A stretch of 34,224 nucleotides of DNA from a virus (taxonomy: Duplodnaviria; Heunggongvirae; Uroviricota; Caudoviricetes). Shown piece after piece: positions 1 through 9,961 of this stretch; positions within the stretch are counted from its first letter, which is position 1; every line of letters begins with the position of its first letter. Location of the stretch: positions 1 through 34,224 of IMG/VR virus record IMGVR_UViG_2563366968_000004; one strand, 5' to 3'. Both the position numbers and the translations under genes were made by a program. Below the pieces are notes generated by a model. It saw only the letters and a list, made by a program, of their open reading frames with translations, did no database searches and was not told the DNA's origin.

Positions 1-1254
1 ATGCTGGAACAAATGGGCATTGCCGCGAAGCAAGCCTCGTATAAATTAGCGCAACTCTCCAGCCGCGAAAAAAATCGCGTGCTGGAAAAAATCGCCGATG
101 AACTGGAAGCACAAAGCGAAATCATCCTCAACGCTAACGCCCAGGATGTTGCTGACGCGCGAGCCAATGGCCTTAGCGAAGCGATGCTTGACCGTCTGGC
201 ACTGACGCCCGCACGGCTGAAAGGCATTGCCGACGATGTACGTCAGGTGTGCAACCTCGCCGATCCGGTGGGGCAGGTAATCGATGGCGGCGTACTGGAC
301 AGCGGCCTGCGTCTTGAGCGTCGTCGCGTACCGCTGGGGGTTATTGGCGTGATTTATGAAGCGCGCCCGAACGTGACGGTTGATGTCGCTTCGCTGTGCC
401 TGAAAACCGGTAATGCGGTGATCCTGCGCGGTGGCAAAGAAACGTGTCGCACTAACGCTGCAACGGTGGCGGTGATTCAGGACGCCCTGAAATCCTGCGG
501 CTTACCGGCGGGTGCCGTGCAGGCGATTGATAATCCTGACCGTGCGCTGGTCAGTGAAATGCTGCGTATGGATAAATACATCGACATGCTGATCCCGCGT
601 GGTGGCGCTGGTTTGCATAAACTGTGCCGTGAACAGTCGACAATCCCGGTGATCACAGGTGGTATAGGCGTATGCCATATTTACGTTGATGAAAGTGTAG
701 AGATCGCTGAAGCATTAAAAGTGATCGTCAACGCGAAAACTCAGCGTCCGAGCACATGTAATACGGTTGAAACGTTGCTGGTGAATAAAAACATCGCCGA
801 TAGCTTCCTGCCCGCATTAAGCAAACAAATGGCGGAAAGCGGCGTGACATTACACGCAGATGCAGCTGCACTGGCGCAGTTGCAGGCAGGCCCTGCGAAG
901 GTGGTTGCTGTTAAAGCCGAAGAGTATGACGATGAGTTTCTGTCATTAGATTTGAACGTCAAAATCGTCAGCGATCTTGACGATGCCATCGCCCATATTC
1001 GTGAACACGGCACACAACACTCCGATGCGATCCTGACCCGCGATATGCGCAACGCCCAGCGTTTTGTTAACGAAGTGGATTCGTCCGCTGTTTACGTTAA
1101 CGCCTCTACGCGTTTTACCGACGGCGGCCAGTTTGGTCTGGGTGCGGAAGTGGCGGTAAGCACACAAAAACTCCACGCGCGTGGCCCAATGGGGCTGGAA
1201 GCACTGACCACTTACAAGTGGATCGGCATTGGTGATTACACCATTCGTGCGTAA
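1..1254 (+). CDS. proA: Gamma-glutamyl phosphate reductase (glutamate-5-semialdehyde dehydrogenase), complete 417 aa
   Basis: Full-length translation recognised as enterobacterial ProA (aldehyde dehydrogenase fold). Synteny proA then thrW is the established E. coli arrangement. Confidence 0.95.
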
Positions 1255-1300
1255 ATAAAACCGGGTGATGCAAAAGTAGCCATTTGATTCACAAGGCCAT

Positions 1301-1329
1301 TGACGCATCGCCCGGTTAGTTTTAACCTT
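1301..1329 (+). promoter_or_regulatory. Putative thrW promoter (-35 TTGACG, 17 bp spacer, -10 TAACCT)
   Basis: Hexamers read directly about 40 bp upstream of the tRNA 5' end; -10 is weak, so low confidence. Confidence 0.25.
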
Positions 1330-1368
1330 GTCCACCGTGATTCACGTTCGTGAACATGTCCTTTCAGG

Positions 1369-1444
1369 GCCGATATAGCTCAGTTGGTAGAGCAGCGCAT
1401 TCGTAATGCGAAGGTCGTAGGTTCGACTCCTATTATCGGCACCA
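1369..1444 (+). tRNA. thrW: tRNA-Thr (anticodon CGT), 76 nt with encoded CCA
   Basis: Cloverleaf readable: acceptor stem GCCGATA/TATCGGC, anticodon loop TTCGTAA with anticodon CGT at 1402-1404, T-arm GGTTCGACTCC. Sits directly downstream of proA, the known thrW integration hotspot. Confidence 0.9.
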
Positions 1445-1460
1445 TTCAAACATCTCCCCA

Positions 1461-1550
1461 AGTCTACTAAAGTCTTTCAAAACCCCTTATAATCCGCGTA
1501 TTAAAGCCCCGTTCGTCTTTTGACGTCTACTAAAGTCCCTCAAAATCTAC
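1461..1550 (+). repeat. Two direct copies of GTCTACTAAAGTC(T/C)(T/C)TCAAAA between tRNA and integrase (candidate integrase arm-type sites, attL region)
   Basis: Copies at about 1461-1482 and 1527-1548, read directly. Position between the tRNA 3' end and the int start fits recombination arm sites. Confidence 0.4.
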
Positions 1551-1556
1551 GGTCAG

Positions 1557-1609
1557 ATGGGGGTACTTATGGGGGTATTTGCTGTTCGGTTTAGTGGAGG
1601 TACCCCCAA
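1557..1609 (+). repeat. TGGGGGTA octamer repeats (2 direct, 1 inverted) immediately upstream of int
   Basis: ATGGGGGTACTTATGGGGGTAT at 1557-1578 and the inverted copy TACCCCCAA at 1601-1609. The same 22-nt motif recurs at 19754-19777. Confidence 0.4.
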
Positions 1610-2824
1610 GTGAAACTCAATGCCCGTCAAATAGACACAGCCAAGCCAAAAGAGAAGGCTTACAAGCTGGCCGATGGTGGCGGTTTGTATCTCTTGGTAA
1701 AACCTAATGGAGGTAAATACTGGCGACTTAAATATCGTGTAGCTGGTAAAGAGAAGCTATTGGCACTAGGTGTTTATCCTGAGGTTACTCTAGCCGATGC
1801 TCGGGCAAAACGTGAAGATGCGAAAAGAGGTATCGCTGGTGGTATCGATCCGATGGAAGCGAAACGAGAGGAAAAGATTGCCCGGGAAACGCAGTTAAAC
1901 AACACCTTCAAAGATATTGCCCTTGAGTGGCACAGCAGCAAATTAAAAAAATGGTCTGCTGGTTATGCTTCAGACATCCTCGAAGCCTTCAACAAAGATG
2001 TGTTCCCTTACATTGGCAAAAAACCCATCGCCGAAATCAAACCACTTGAACTTCTGAATGTGCTGCGTCGCATCGAGGGGCGCGGTGCTACAGAAAAAGC
2101 TAAAAAAGTGAGGCAACGGTGCGGGGAAGTTTTCCGCTATGCAATAGTCACTGGTCGCGCAGAGTATAACCCTGCACCAGACCTTACTAGCGCGATGCAA
2201 GGCCATGAATCTAATCATTACCCTTTCCTTACAGCCAAAGAATTACCTGATTTTTTCAAGGCATTGTCCAGTTACTCAGGAAGCGCATTGGTTGTTATGG
2301 CGGCTCGTCTACTGATTATCACCGGCTTGCGGACTGGCGAACTACGTGGCGCATTATGGGATGAAATTGATTTCAACAAGGCTATCTGGGAGATACCCGC
2401 TTCACGTATGAAAATGCGGCGGCCTCATATTGTGCCATTGTCTGAGCAGGCTCTTTCGCTTATTGGGAAGATTAGAGAAATAACAGGCAATTACCCTCTT
2501 ATGTTTCCCGGGCGCAATGATCCAAGGAAAACAATGAGCGAGGCCAGCATAAACCAAGTGTTTAAGCGCATTGGCTACGCTGGACGTGTAACTGGTCATG
2601 GGTTCCGGCACACTATGAGTACGATTTTGCATGAGCAGGGCTATAACACCGCGTGGATAGAAACGCAGCTCGCTCACGTTGATAAGAACTCAATTCGTGG
2701 CACATACAACCATGCGCAATATCTGGATGGAAGGCGGGAGATGCTTCAATGGTATGCCGACTATATGGATTCTCTCGAGCATGACGGAAATGTGGTGCAT
2801 ATGGTGTTTGAAAAACACGCATGA
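1610..2824 (+). CDS. int: Tyrosine-type site-specific integrase, P4-like (404 aa), GTG start
   Basis: N-terminal DUF4102-like arm-binding region (KLADGGGLYLLVKPNGGKYWRLKYR), C-terminal catalytic domain with R...HGFRHT...Y motifs. GGAGG 9 nt upstream of the GTG. Confidence 0.9.
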   Translation: MKLNARQIDTAKPKEKAYKLADGGGLYLLVKPNGGKYWRLKYRVAGKEKLLALGVYPEVTLADARAKREDAKRGIAGGIDPMEAKREEKIARETQLNNTFKDIALEWHSSKLKKWSAGYASDILEAFNKDVFPYIGKKPIAEIKPLELLNVLRRIEGRGATEKAKKVRQRCGEVFRYAIVTGRAEYNPAPDLTSAMQGHESNHYPFLTAKELPDFFKALSSYSGSALVVMAARLLIITGLRTGELRGALWDEIDFNKAIWEIPASRMKMRRPHIVPLSEQALSLIGKIREITGNYPLMFPGRNDPRKTMSEASINQVFKRIGYAGRVTGHGFRHTMSTILHEQGYNTAWIETQLAHVDKNSIRGTYNHAQYLDGRREMLQWYADYMDSLEHDGNVVHMVFEKHA

Positions 2825-2968
2825 AACAACTGGACAAGTATACAGAGGTTTACTAAAGTATAGGGGAGTAGATTGATAAAAACTCACAGAGGATTGCTAT
2901 TTAACAGTTAGCCCTGGAGAAGGGCAATCGCTCTTTTACAAACGAAGGTGTATTGAGCCTTCTACGTC

Positions 2969-3030
2969 GCTGACAAAGCGGAATGTTCTTTAACAGGCTT
3001 TGGCGCTGACAAAGCGCAATTGTTCTTTAA
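2969..3030 (+). repeat. Tandem direct repeat CGCTGACAAAGCG(G/C)AAT(G/T)GTTCTTTAA (2 copies) in the int-alpA intergenic region
   Basis: Read directly; likely regulatory site for the alpA/early promoter. Confidence 0.35.
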
Positions 3031-3252
3031 AACTACTGGATGTCACGCCTAATAGCGTGATCCTGCCGAAATGCAGGGTAGCTCTACCCTTGTGGAGCAA
3101 ACAAACCAAAACAATCTGACTATCTTTTATAAAAGACCGCAATATGTTTTTCATATTGTGGTCTTTGGCGTATTCGACATTTGACGCAAATAAAACTCTC
3201 GCCATTCGTTGCAGGAGGGGGTTATTGCGTCATTAGTACAGGATATTAATAA

Positions 3253-3456
3253 ATGGCTAATTACAATTCATTAATTCGTCTCTCTGAAGTTCAAAGGCGA
3301 ACTGGTTATAGCAAAGCATGGATTTATCGTCTTATTAGTCAGGGGAGGTTCCCTAAACAGGTAAAAATTGGAAGTCGGGCAATTGCTTTTGTTGAGTCTG
3401 AAATAGATGAATGGATTGAGAAGTGTATATTAGAATCTAGAGACGAGGTGGCCTGA
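3253..3456 (+). CDS. alpA: AlpA-family transcriptional regulator / excisionase-like (67 aa)
   Basis: Hallmark AlpA sequence (LIRLSEVQRRTGYSKAWIYRLISQGRFPKQVKIGSRAIAFVESEIDEWI). Int-AlpA pairing is typical of P4-like and PICI elements. Confidence 0.85.
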   Translation: MANYNSLIRLSEVQRRTGYSKAWIYRLISQGRFPKQVKIGSRAIAFVESEIDEWIEKCILESRDEVA

Positions 3457-3887
3457 TGGAAAAGAAAAACCGCCCATTACAGGCGGCTAATTCAGATATT
3501 CGTGTATCTGATGTTACGCCCCTTACAAAATCCCCTCAAGCACCAAAGCGCACACCGAAAAAGCATCGTGCCAGAGTCTATATGCTGCGTACTGGTATAG
3601 AGGGATGGACAGAAAATGACATTCTTCGCTACTGCCGTCTGTCTTCTGGTCGTAACTATGCAACAGAGTTAGAACGCCAGCTTGGAATCACTCTGGAGCG
3701 TATCGACGAAAAGAATCCTGATGGTATCGGAACACACCTTCGCTACCGTTTCTCCTGCCGTGGTGATGTTCTGAAAGTGATCACTCATATTAACCATCTT
3801 GCGAACATAAATGATCACAACGGACTTTCTCAGCAGGAAATTGCCGACATTCTGAAACTCTACCCGGACGCGTTTAACGCCGCCTAA
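3456..3887 (+). CDS. Hypothetical protein (143 aa)
   Basis: ATG overlaps the alpA stop (translational coupling); basic N-terminus; no family recognised. Confidence 0.55.
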   Translation: MEKKNRPLQAANSDIRVSDVTPLTKSPQAPKRTPKKHRARVYMLRTGIEGWTENDILRYCRLSSGRNYATELERQLGITLERIDEKNPDGIGTHLRYRFSCRGDVLKVITHINHLANINDHNGLSQQEIADILKLYPDAFNAA

Positions 3888-3899
3888 CGGAGACTGAAA

Positions 3900-4733
3900 A
3901 TGAACATCGAAAAAAGCAGATTAATTTCTGAGGCCGCCCCTCATCTGAACGCCTCTCTGGGCACAATTAACGGTAATGAATTTGCCGCAATTGTCCCGGT
4001 TATTCCTGGTCATATCGGTGGGCGTGAAACCAATATTGTTAGCGCAAAAGCGTTACACAAAGCGTTGGGCGTGGGAAAAGACTTCTCTACATGGATCACT
4101 GATCGCATCTCTGAATATGACTTCACCATTGGGCACGATTACTCAGTCCATAAAACTATTTCCCCAAATTTGGGGAAAATCCCGAATGGCGCGGCTTACA
4201 GCAAGATTAAGCAGTCTGGCAGACCCGGCAAAGACTATCTGTTAAGTGTCGGAATGGCGAAAGAACTGGCAATGATCGAACGCAATGATCAGGGGCGCGC
4301 TATCCGCCGTTATTTCATCCAGTGCGAGGAAGAATTACAGCGTAGCGTGCCTGAAATCGCCGCCCGCTATCGTCGCCAGCTAAAAGCCCGTCTCAGTGCC
4401 GCAAACAACTTTAAGCCAATGTGCGATGCGCTGAATATGGCCCGTGCCGAGATGGGTAAAACGACGCAGCAACACCACTACACAAACGAGAGCAATATGA
4501 TTTCTCGTATCGTTCTTGGTGGGCTAACTGCTAAACAGTGGGCGCGGATAAATGGCTATTCTGGCGAACCTCGCGACCATATGAACGCAGAACAACTTGA
4601 GCACCTCTCATATCTCGAAAGCACCAATATCACGTTAATTGATATGGGCATGGAATATGAGCAGCGCAAAGGAGAACTCACCCGACTGTCGCAACGCTGG
4701 CTCGCCAAGCGTCTGGAGGCGGTCAATGTTTAA
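3900..4733 (+). CDS. Phage antirepressor-like protein (Ant/KilA-C-like domain), 277 aa
   Basis: GGAG RBS; central region (DFSTWITDRI, LSVGMAKELAMIERNDQGRAIRRYF) resembles the phage antirepressor family. Confidence 0.55.
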   Translation: MNIEKSRLISEAAPHLNASLGTINGNEFAAIVPVIPGHIGGRETNIVSAKALHKALGVGKDFSTWITDRISEYDFTIGHDYSVHKTISPNLGKIPNGAAYSKIKQSGRPGKDYLLSVGMAKELAMIERNDQGRAIRRYFIQCEEELQRSVPEIAARYRRQLKARLSAANNFKPMCDALNMARAEMGKTTQQHHYTNESNMISRIVLGGLTAKQWARINGYSGEPRDHMNAEQLEHLSYLESTNITLIDMGMEYEQRKGELTRLSQRWLAKRLEAVNV

Positions 4734-4908
4734 GCCGACAGGAACACCACAACCTCAAAAACGCTACAAAGATGCCCACGGAGCACTCGTTACTGTCGAA
4801 AGCGTGTCTCACAACCGAGTGACGTTTTATCGCGACGGGTATCAATCGCCATGCGTACAACCGCTGGCGCGTTTCATGAAGGAGTTCGCGGAGGTTAACA
4901 AATGCTAA
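4726..4908 (+). CDS. DUF4222-like small protein (60 aa)
   Basis: ATG overlaps the previous stop. Pattern YKD-G-V-V...RV-FYRDGY-C-PL-F-F-E matches the small phage protein family that recurs at 26264-26485. Confidence 0.5.
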   Translation: MFKPTGTPQPQKRYKDAHGALVTVESVSHNRVTFYRDGYQSPCVQPLARFMKEFAEVNKC

Positions 4909-5930
4909 CCGTCCAGAAGAAGACATTTTCACTGGCTGGTATGTCGCCAAAATCCAGCAATATGACAGCAAAGTCAGGCATTAATACAGCAGATACAAGC
5001 AAAGTTTATCATTTGCTGGTGGTAGGAGCGGATGCCTTAACTATGTCAGAAATTACGGTCGATGGTGTTAGCGTTGAGAAGGTCAGCGGCTGCGCCAGAG
5101 AATTTCTGGTCGTAGATCACCTGTTCTGCTCGTGTAGTGACTCCACAAAAACATTCGTCCACGTGCGTGACGTTAACGAAATGAGCGCGATGTATTGTGC
5201 ATCTGGTGCTTCCAATAGTGAGTTTTCGGAGTCCATAAAAAAGAGCTTGCCGTTATGCGGCAACACGGTTTATGGTTATAAGGCACCTCATAAAACGGGT
5301 GCCGGGATTAGGACCCCGCAGGCAATCGAGGCGATACATGACGCGCCAGCGTCTTTTTTTGTATCGGCGCACACGCACACCTTATCAATGGTGGGCTGTA
5401 TGGGGCTGACTTCGGTCAGGCTGGTTTCCTTGATTGCCAGTAGTCCTAACCCTGTACAGTCCACCGCCAGCGAGCTTAGGACCTCCGGCGGTGGCTATAA
5501 ACCATCAATCAAGGAGGCTGCCACATGCTGGCTACTACCCCTACCCAAAAACCGCAATTTATCTGGATTATCGCCGCAGTTCGCCGCGATTGCCCGACAA
5601 TTACCGCCAAAATTCATCATATTGCTGCCGAGTCTGAACGCGATGCTCGCCGTTCTCTGGTGCGCGATCACGTCTGCTTTTTTGCTGGTCGTATCCGCAT
5701 GGAGGTGGCACATGATTAAAACCTACGATGTGCATATGGATCCCCTCGAACGCACAAGCCAGATCATCACACTGACAGAAGTGATTAACGACATTCTGGT
5801 GAGCAACTCTCCCTCACGAGACGAAAGGCTGAAGGCGTTACTCGCGATATTGGATCTCGCCGTTCGTGACGTTCATTTCCTGCTGGAAGGTGGACAAATG
5901 CCAGTAAAAACGGGGGCAACCAATGAATAA
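4902..5930 (+). CDS. Hypothetical ORF (342 aa as one frame); probably a composite, the central part looks non-coding in this frame
   Basis: ATG overlaps the upstream stop (ATGCTAA). The N-terminal ~150 aa and the C-terminal 72 aa (from the internal ATG at 5712, with GGAGG RBS) look protein-like; the middle is Leu/Pro/Ser-rich and overlaps better ORFs in other frames. Confidence 0.3.
   Translation: MLTVQKKTFSLAGMSPKSSNMTAKSGINTADTSKVYHLLVVGADALTMSEITVDGVSVEKVSGCAREFLVVDHLFCSCSDSTKTFVHVRDVNEMSAMYCASGASNSEFSESIKKSLPLCGNTVYGYKAPHKTGAGIRTPQAIEAIHDAPASFFVSAHTHTLSMVGCMGLTSVRLVSLIASSPNPVQSTASELRTSGGGYKPSIKEAATCWLLPLPKNRNLSGLSPQFAAIARQLPPKFIILLPSLNAMLAVLWCAITSAFLLVVSAWRWHMIKTYDVHMDPLERTSQIITLTEVINDILVSNSPSRDERLKALLAILDLAVRDVHFLLEGGQMPVKTGATNE
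5525..5719 (+). CDS. Hypothetical small protein (64 aa)
   Basis: Strong AGGAGG RBS 7 nt upstream of the ATG; translation is protein-like. Confidence 0.4.
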   Translation: MLATTPTQKPQFIWIIAAVRRDCPTITAKIHHIAAESERDARRSLVRDHVCFFAGRIRMEVAHD

Positions 5931-6117
5931 CTCAATTAATACCCCTCGCCTTACGTCCGCACTTCAATTAATCGAGCAAGCAGCGGCTGTCCTGGTTGCT
6001 GTCAGTCTTTCGGCTGAAGAAATGGACGCTGCTGATGTCGTGGATGCGATTAAAGCGTGCTCATCTTTGGTTAACGATGCCCGTGCCGAGCTGGTAATTC
6101 TTGGGGGTGAAAAATGA
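5923..6117 (+). CDS. Hypothetical small protein (64 aa)
   Basis: ATGA start/stop overlap within a chain of coupled small ORFs typical of satellite/phage early operons. Confidence 0.5.
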   Translation: MNNSINTPRLTSALQLIEQAAAVLVAVSLSAEEMDAADVVDAIKACSSLVNDARAELVILGGEK

Positions 6118-6377
6118 ATATCAACTTAATTTATCGTCATCCGTGTGAGCTGGAAATTGAATCATTGCTGGGGCGCGAAGAGCCATATCCAGACACATTC
6201 ACTCCCGCAGATTGCGCGACTGAACGGCTTACCAGAGCGCGCACAGGTCTGGTTCATGTGATGAATGAGATTGTTCCCTCGGTGGGAGGGGAACAGGCGA
6301 CAGTAATCAATAGCTGGCTACAAAAAGTTACCTCCCTGATAGATATCGGTTTAATCGATGTGGAGAGTGCGAAATGA
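6114..6377 (+). CDS. Hypothetical small protein (87 aa)
   Basis: ATGA overlap coupling with the neighbouring ORFs. Confidence 0.5.
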   Translation: MNINLIYRHPCELEIESLLGREEPYPDTFTPADCATERLTRARTGLVHVMNEIVPSVGGEQATVINSWLQKVTSLIDIGLIDVESAK

Positions 6378-6595
6378 CCAACATCCAGCTCATTGAAGCG
6401 CAATGTCGCATCGAACAGGTTCAGACTGTTTTAGGGTTCTGGCTTGAAGGGGCCAGCCCCAGCAACAGAGACAAGTTAATGATTGGCGCGGTTATGTCAC
6501 TGCTCAATGGCGTACCAGAAGCTATTCAGGAAGCGGACGAATTGTTGGGCAAATATGAGTTACAGAATCATTCAGGCGAGGCGAAACATGAATAA
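6374..6595 (+). CDS. Hypothetical small protein (73 aa)
   Basis: ATGA overlap coupling with the neighbouring ORFs. Confidence 0.5.
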   Translation: MTNIQLIEAQCRIEQVQTVLGFWLEGASPSNRDKLMIGAVMSLLNGVPEAIQEADELLGKYELQNHSGEAKHE

Positions 6596-7190
6596 TTTCT
6601 TAACTTTCCATGCAGAAGCAACGCCTGACGGCGTAAACATCATGTACCGCAGCAACGATGGCATGACAGAACGCGTTGAGGCCGTCTCATATATTGATGC
6701 CGTAAATCGTCTGGATGCCGGGGATTATGACGATAAACCAGATGAAGGCATGTTTATACATCTCGCTATTGCCAGTGGCGGCAACCAGGGATATTTCGAT
6801 TACACATCACAGCATCACGTGATTATGTGGCGCTGGCTGATAGCAACAGCATTCATCAATGAAATGAGAAAGGAAAACGGCACCGTCAGCATTATTGATG
6901 ACAGTGGCAATCATTCCGTGGTTTCTGTTTATTCCAATGGCATCGTCGCCATGCCGCTGTATCCAGTAGCAGAGCGCCTCGCTATGGCAAACAACATTGA
7001 GGGCGCAATGATCGAGAAATATGGTGTTGATGTCGGAACAAAGAATGCCATCATTTTTTACAGCAACATGTTCGATGTCGAACAGGGAACACTCACTTCG
7101 TTTGGGCGAGAAGTGCTTGCCGATCTTCACAACAGCTTTATTGCCGAACTAAACGAAAACGGCATCCCAGAAGCACCAGTGACGCACTAA
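6588..7190 (+). CDS. Hypothetical protein (200 aa, start at internal ATG 6588)
   Basis: ATG at 6588 overlaps the upstream stop by 8 nt; the longer ORF from 6483 begins with an implausible N-terminus. Confidence 0.5.
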   Translation: MNNFLTFHAEATPDGVNIMYRSNDGMTERVEAVSYIDAVNRLDAGDYDDKPDEGMFIHLAIASGGNQGYFDYTSQHHVIMWRWLIATAFINEMRKENGTVSIIDDSGNHSVVSVYSNGIVAMPLYPVAERLAMANNIEGAMIEKYGVDVGTKNAIIFYSNMFDVEQGTLTSFGREVLADLHNSFIAELNENGIPEAPVTH

Positions 7191-7202
7191 ACGGGGGCCA
7201 GA

Positions 7203-9554
7203 ATGCGAAACATTGATCTTATCCGTCAGGTTATCAGTGCGTCTGAAAACAACTGGCCTCATGTGCTGGGCTGCCTGAACATAAATGTCCCTGACTCTCC
7301 GCGCCGTCATGCTCCCTGCCCTGCATGTGGGGGCAAAGATCGATTCCGGTTCGATGACAACGGGCGCGGTAGCTTCATCTGTAATCAGTGCGGCGCTGGT
7401 GATGGGCTGGATTTAATTAAACGCGTAAATAACTGCGACACAACAGAGGCGGCGCTTCTTGCCGCTGATGTTCTGGGTATTGATTACCGGACAACGGAAA
7501 CACCAGAAGCCACCAGCCAGAAACGGGAACAACTGGAAACCGAGCGCCAGCGACGCGAACAGGAGCGCCTGAAAAGGGCAGAGAAGGACGAACAACAAAG
7601 ACGGGATACGTTTTCCCGTCAGTTTGATGACATGCGCAGAAAGGCTGTAAACGGCAAATCTGATTATCTGGTTGCGAAAGGGGTAGGTGATTTTACATTC
7701 CCCGTGTTGCCCGATGGATCTCTGTTGCTGGCGCTGGTGGATAAATCCGGCGCAGTCACAGCAGCACAGACTATTACCCCACATGGTGAAAAAAGACTCC
7801 TGACAGGTTCGGCAAAGCGGGGGGCATATCACGCCATAAACGCACAGAAACGACCTCACAGCATCATAATTGCTGAGGGGGTGGCTACCGCCCTGTCGTG
7901 CCATTTAATTCGCCCTGACGCAATGACAGTGGCAGCAATCGACGCTGGCAACCTGTTGCCAGTAGCGGAAGTCATGCGCAGAACATATCCGCAGGCACAA
8001 ATAATCATTGCCGCAGATAACGATCACCAGCAAGGAGACTCAGAAAGTGGAGGGATCAACACGGGGAAAGATGCCGCAGAGAGGGCCGCTATTTCCGTAG
8101 CTGGCAGGGTGTCTCTGCCACCGACTGACTATAAAGCCGACTGGAACGACTATCACCAACAACACGGGCTGGCGGCAGCCACAGCAGCATTTAAAGATTC
8201 GATGTACCAGCCACGGGGGAAAGGGGCGCAGGTGAAAAATCACAAACAGTCAGTCGGGGCGCTGAATGAGATCAGTTCTGGCGAGGTGTTAAGCGATGAT
8301 GAAATTGCTGTCCTCGAAGAAATCAACCGGACGTTTACGCATGTCACCATCGGCGGGAAACACAAGGTGGTGTCGCTAAAGCCTTCTCAAACCGGCGGTG
8401 TATCGCACGTTTTCGAGGATTTATCACAATTTCAGCATTATTTTCATCATAAACCGAGAGTCGCCAGAAAGCTGGCGGGATCGGCGTGGCTGTCATGGAG
8501 TGGGAAGAACTACAAGCCAGGAGGCGTAGGATTTTATCCAGTACCAGACAAATGCCCTGACGATGTTTTTAATCTGTATGAGGGGCTGGCACTGGAACCA
8601 ATTGAAGGAGATTGCACGGTATACCTTAATCACCTGTTGCAGGTTGTCTGTGCCGGTAATGAAGAGGCATGCCAATATCTTATCCAGTGGATGGCGCACA
8701 TTATCCAAAAGCCTGATGAAAAACCGTCCGTGGCAATCGTGATGAAATCTGTCCCGGGCACAGGGAAAGGCACAACGGTTAAACCGCTGCTGCAAATACT
8801 GGGGCAGTACGCCGCCCACATTAACGGGGCGGGACATATTTCAGGGCGCTTCAATTCAATACTTGCTAACAAGCTACTGGTATTTGCTGACGAAGTGACG
8901 ATCCACAAGCCGTCTGAAGCTGACAGACTTAAAGCGATTATTAGCGAACCGACGTTTAACCTTGAGCGCAAGGGAATTGATGCTGAACCAATGCCGAATT
9001 TTGCCCGGTTGATATTTGCCAGTAACAGCACACAGGTATTACAGGCAGGGATAAGAGAGCGTCGCTATCTCGTGCTTGAGCCATCTCCTGAAAAAGCACA
9101 GAGCCGGGAGTATTTTGATCGGCTGTACAGTTGGCTTAATGATGGCGGTGCCGCAAAGTTGCTTTGGCATCTTAAAGGGGTGGATCTCTCAGGTTTTGAC
9201 CCTCAACGAGCGCCACAGACCGATGCCTTACGTGAAGAAATCTTGCTGGGGCTGTCTGGCGTTGAATTGTTTCTTTATGGCGAGCTAATCAATGAACCTC
9301 CGTTTAATGGCGAAGTCCGTTTGTTTGCAAAGGATATGGTTAGTCGGTTTGTAGCGTGGTCGCTTGAGCGTGGGGAAAAGCTTAAAGAACCAGCTGCCAG
9401 ATCACTACTGGGTAAATCACTTGCACAAATGGGGCTGGTGAAGCATGGAAGACCAGACCGAGGGAATGGCGTGTTCTACGAACTACCAGAGGTCGGAGTT
9501 CTACAGGCTGCGTTTGCCCGTCTGATCGGTATGGGGGGTTATGATGTTTTTTAA
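7203..9554 (+). CDS. Primase/helicase replication protein (zinc ribbon + TOPRIM primase + SF3/D5-like NTPase), 783 aa
   Basis: CPACGG...CNQCG zinc ribbon, TOPRIM-like IIIAEGVATAL...AADND, Walker A VPGTGKGT and Walker B LVFADEV; same domain logic as P4 alpha and PICI pri-rep. Confidence 0.9.
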   Translation: MRNIDLIRQVISASENNWPHVLGCLNINVPDSPRRHAPCPACGGKDRFRFDDNGRGSFICNQCGAGDGLDLIKRVNNCDTTEAALLAADVLGIDYRTTETPEATSQKREQLETERQRREQERLKRAEKDEQQRRDTFSRQFDDMRRKAVNGKSDYLVAKGVGDFTFPVLPDGSLLLALVDKSGAVTAAQTITPHGEKRLLTGSAKRGAYHAINAQKRPHSIIIAEGVATALSCHLIRPDAMTVAAIDAGNLLPVAEVMRRTYPQAQIIIAADNDHQQGDSESGGINTGKDAAERAAISVAGRVSLPPTDYKADWNDYHQQHGLAAATAAFKDSMYQPRGKGAQVKNHKQSVGALNEISSGEVLSDDEIAVLEEINRTFTHVTIGGKHKVVSLKPSQTGGVSHVFEDLSQFQHYFHHKPRVARKLAGSAWLSWSGKNYKPGGVGFYPVPDKCPDDVFNLYEGLALEPIEGDCTVYLNHLLQVVCAGNEEACQYLIQWMAHIIQKPDEKPSVAIVMKSVPGTGKGTTVKPLLQILGQYAAHINGAGHISGRFNSILANKLLVFADEVTIHKPSEADRLKAIISEPTFNLERKGIDAEPMPNFARLIFASNSTQVLQAGIRERRYLVLEPSPEKAQSREYFDRLYSWLNDGGAAKLLWHLKGVDLSGFDPQRAPQTDALREEILLGLSGVELFLYGELINEPPFNGEVRLFAKDMVSRFVAWSLERGEKLKEPAARSLLGKSLAQMGLVKHGRPDRGNGVFYELPEVGVLQAAFARLIGMGGYDVF

Positions 9555-9581
9555 TATAGTCTTTTTACAAGAAGATCGTTT

Positions 9582-9690
9582 TTACCTGTACCACCTATAC
9601 CACTTTGCTAATTCAGTATTAAAAACAATGTGTTATAGTGGTACAGGTCAATATCTTACCTATACCAGACCTGTACCACCTATACCATTA
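9582..9690. repeat. Iteron cluster CCTGTACCACC(TATACCA) (2 direct copies plus an inverted GGTACAGG copy); candidate ori
   Basis: Copies at 9584-9601, 9632-9644 (inverted) and 9671-9688, immediately downstream of the primase gene. Resembles P4 type-I iterons (TGTTCACC). Confidence 0.5.
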
Positions 9691-9730
9691 ACAAACGCAT
9701 TTCTTCTGGCTGGCTGAGAGGGAACAGCCA

Positions 9731-9961
9731 ATGATGAGCACACCATTTTACAAAGTGCGCCAGTTAGCTTCTTCCTCTGGCTGGCAGCTACGGTTTGAGG
9801 GGCGTTCAGACTGGCTACCCATTGCGGCATGGGCGAATGTTGAAATGTGTATTGACGGCGATACCGTTGAAATCATTATTCCCTGCGTGGCAAGTCGGGA
9901 CGGCTGTATAGAGCCAACAGATATGGCAGCAGAAATCAGAGAGGTAAAACATGAACAATAA
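9731..9961 (+). CDS. Hypothetical protein (76 aa)
   Basis: ORF with purine-rich RBS, lying between the two iteron clusters. Confidence 0.5.
   Translation: MMSTPFYKVRQLASSSGWQLRFEGRSDWLPIAAWANVEMCIDGDTVEIIIPCVASRDGCIEPTDMAAEIREVKHEQ

Noticed and set aside
741-1335. Antisense ORFs (741-1052 and 946-1335, minus strand) inside or overlapping proA
   Set aside because: They lie antisense to a well-supported conserved gene and have low-complexity, Cys/Ser-rich translations; typical GC-rich shadow ORFs.
1970-2887. Several short ORFs on both strands within and just after the P4-like integrase gene
   Set aside because: Embedded in or antisense to the integrase CDS; no RBS; implausible translations.
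3976-4245. 89 aa ORF in an alternative frame inside the antirepressor-like gene
   Set aside because: Same-strand internal frame of a better-supported gene; Leu/Ser-rich translation.
7413-9288. Minus-strand and alternative-frame ORFs inside the primase-helicase gene
   Set aside because: Antisense or out-of-frame within a long gene with clear domain content; Cys-rich junk translations.
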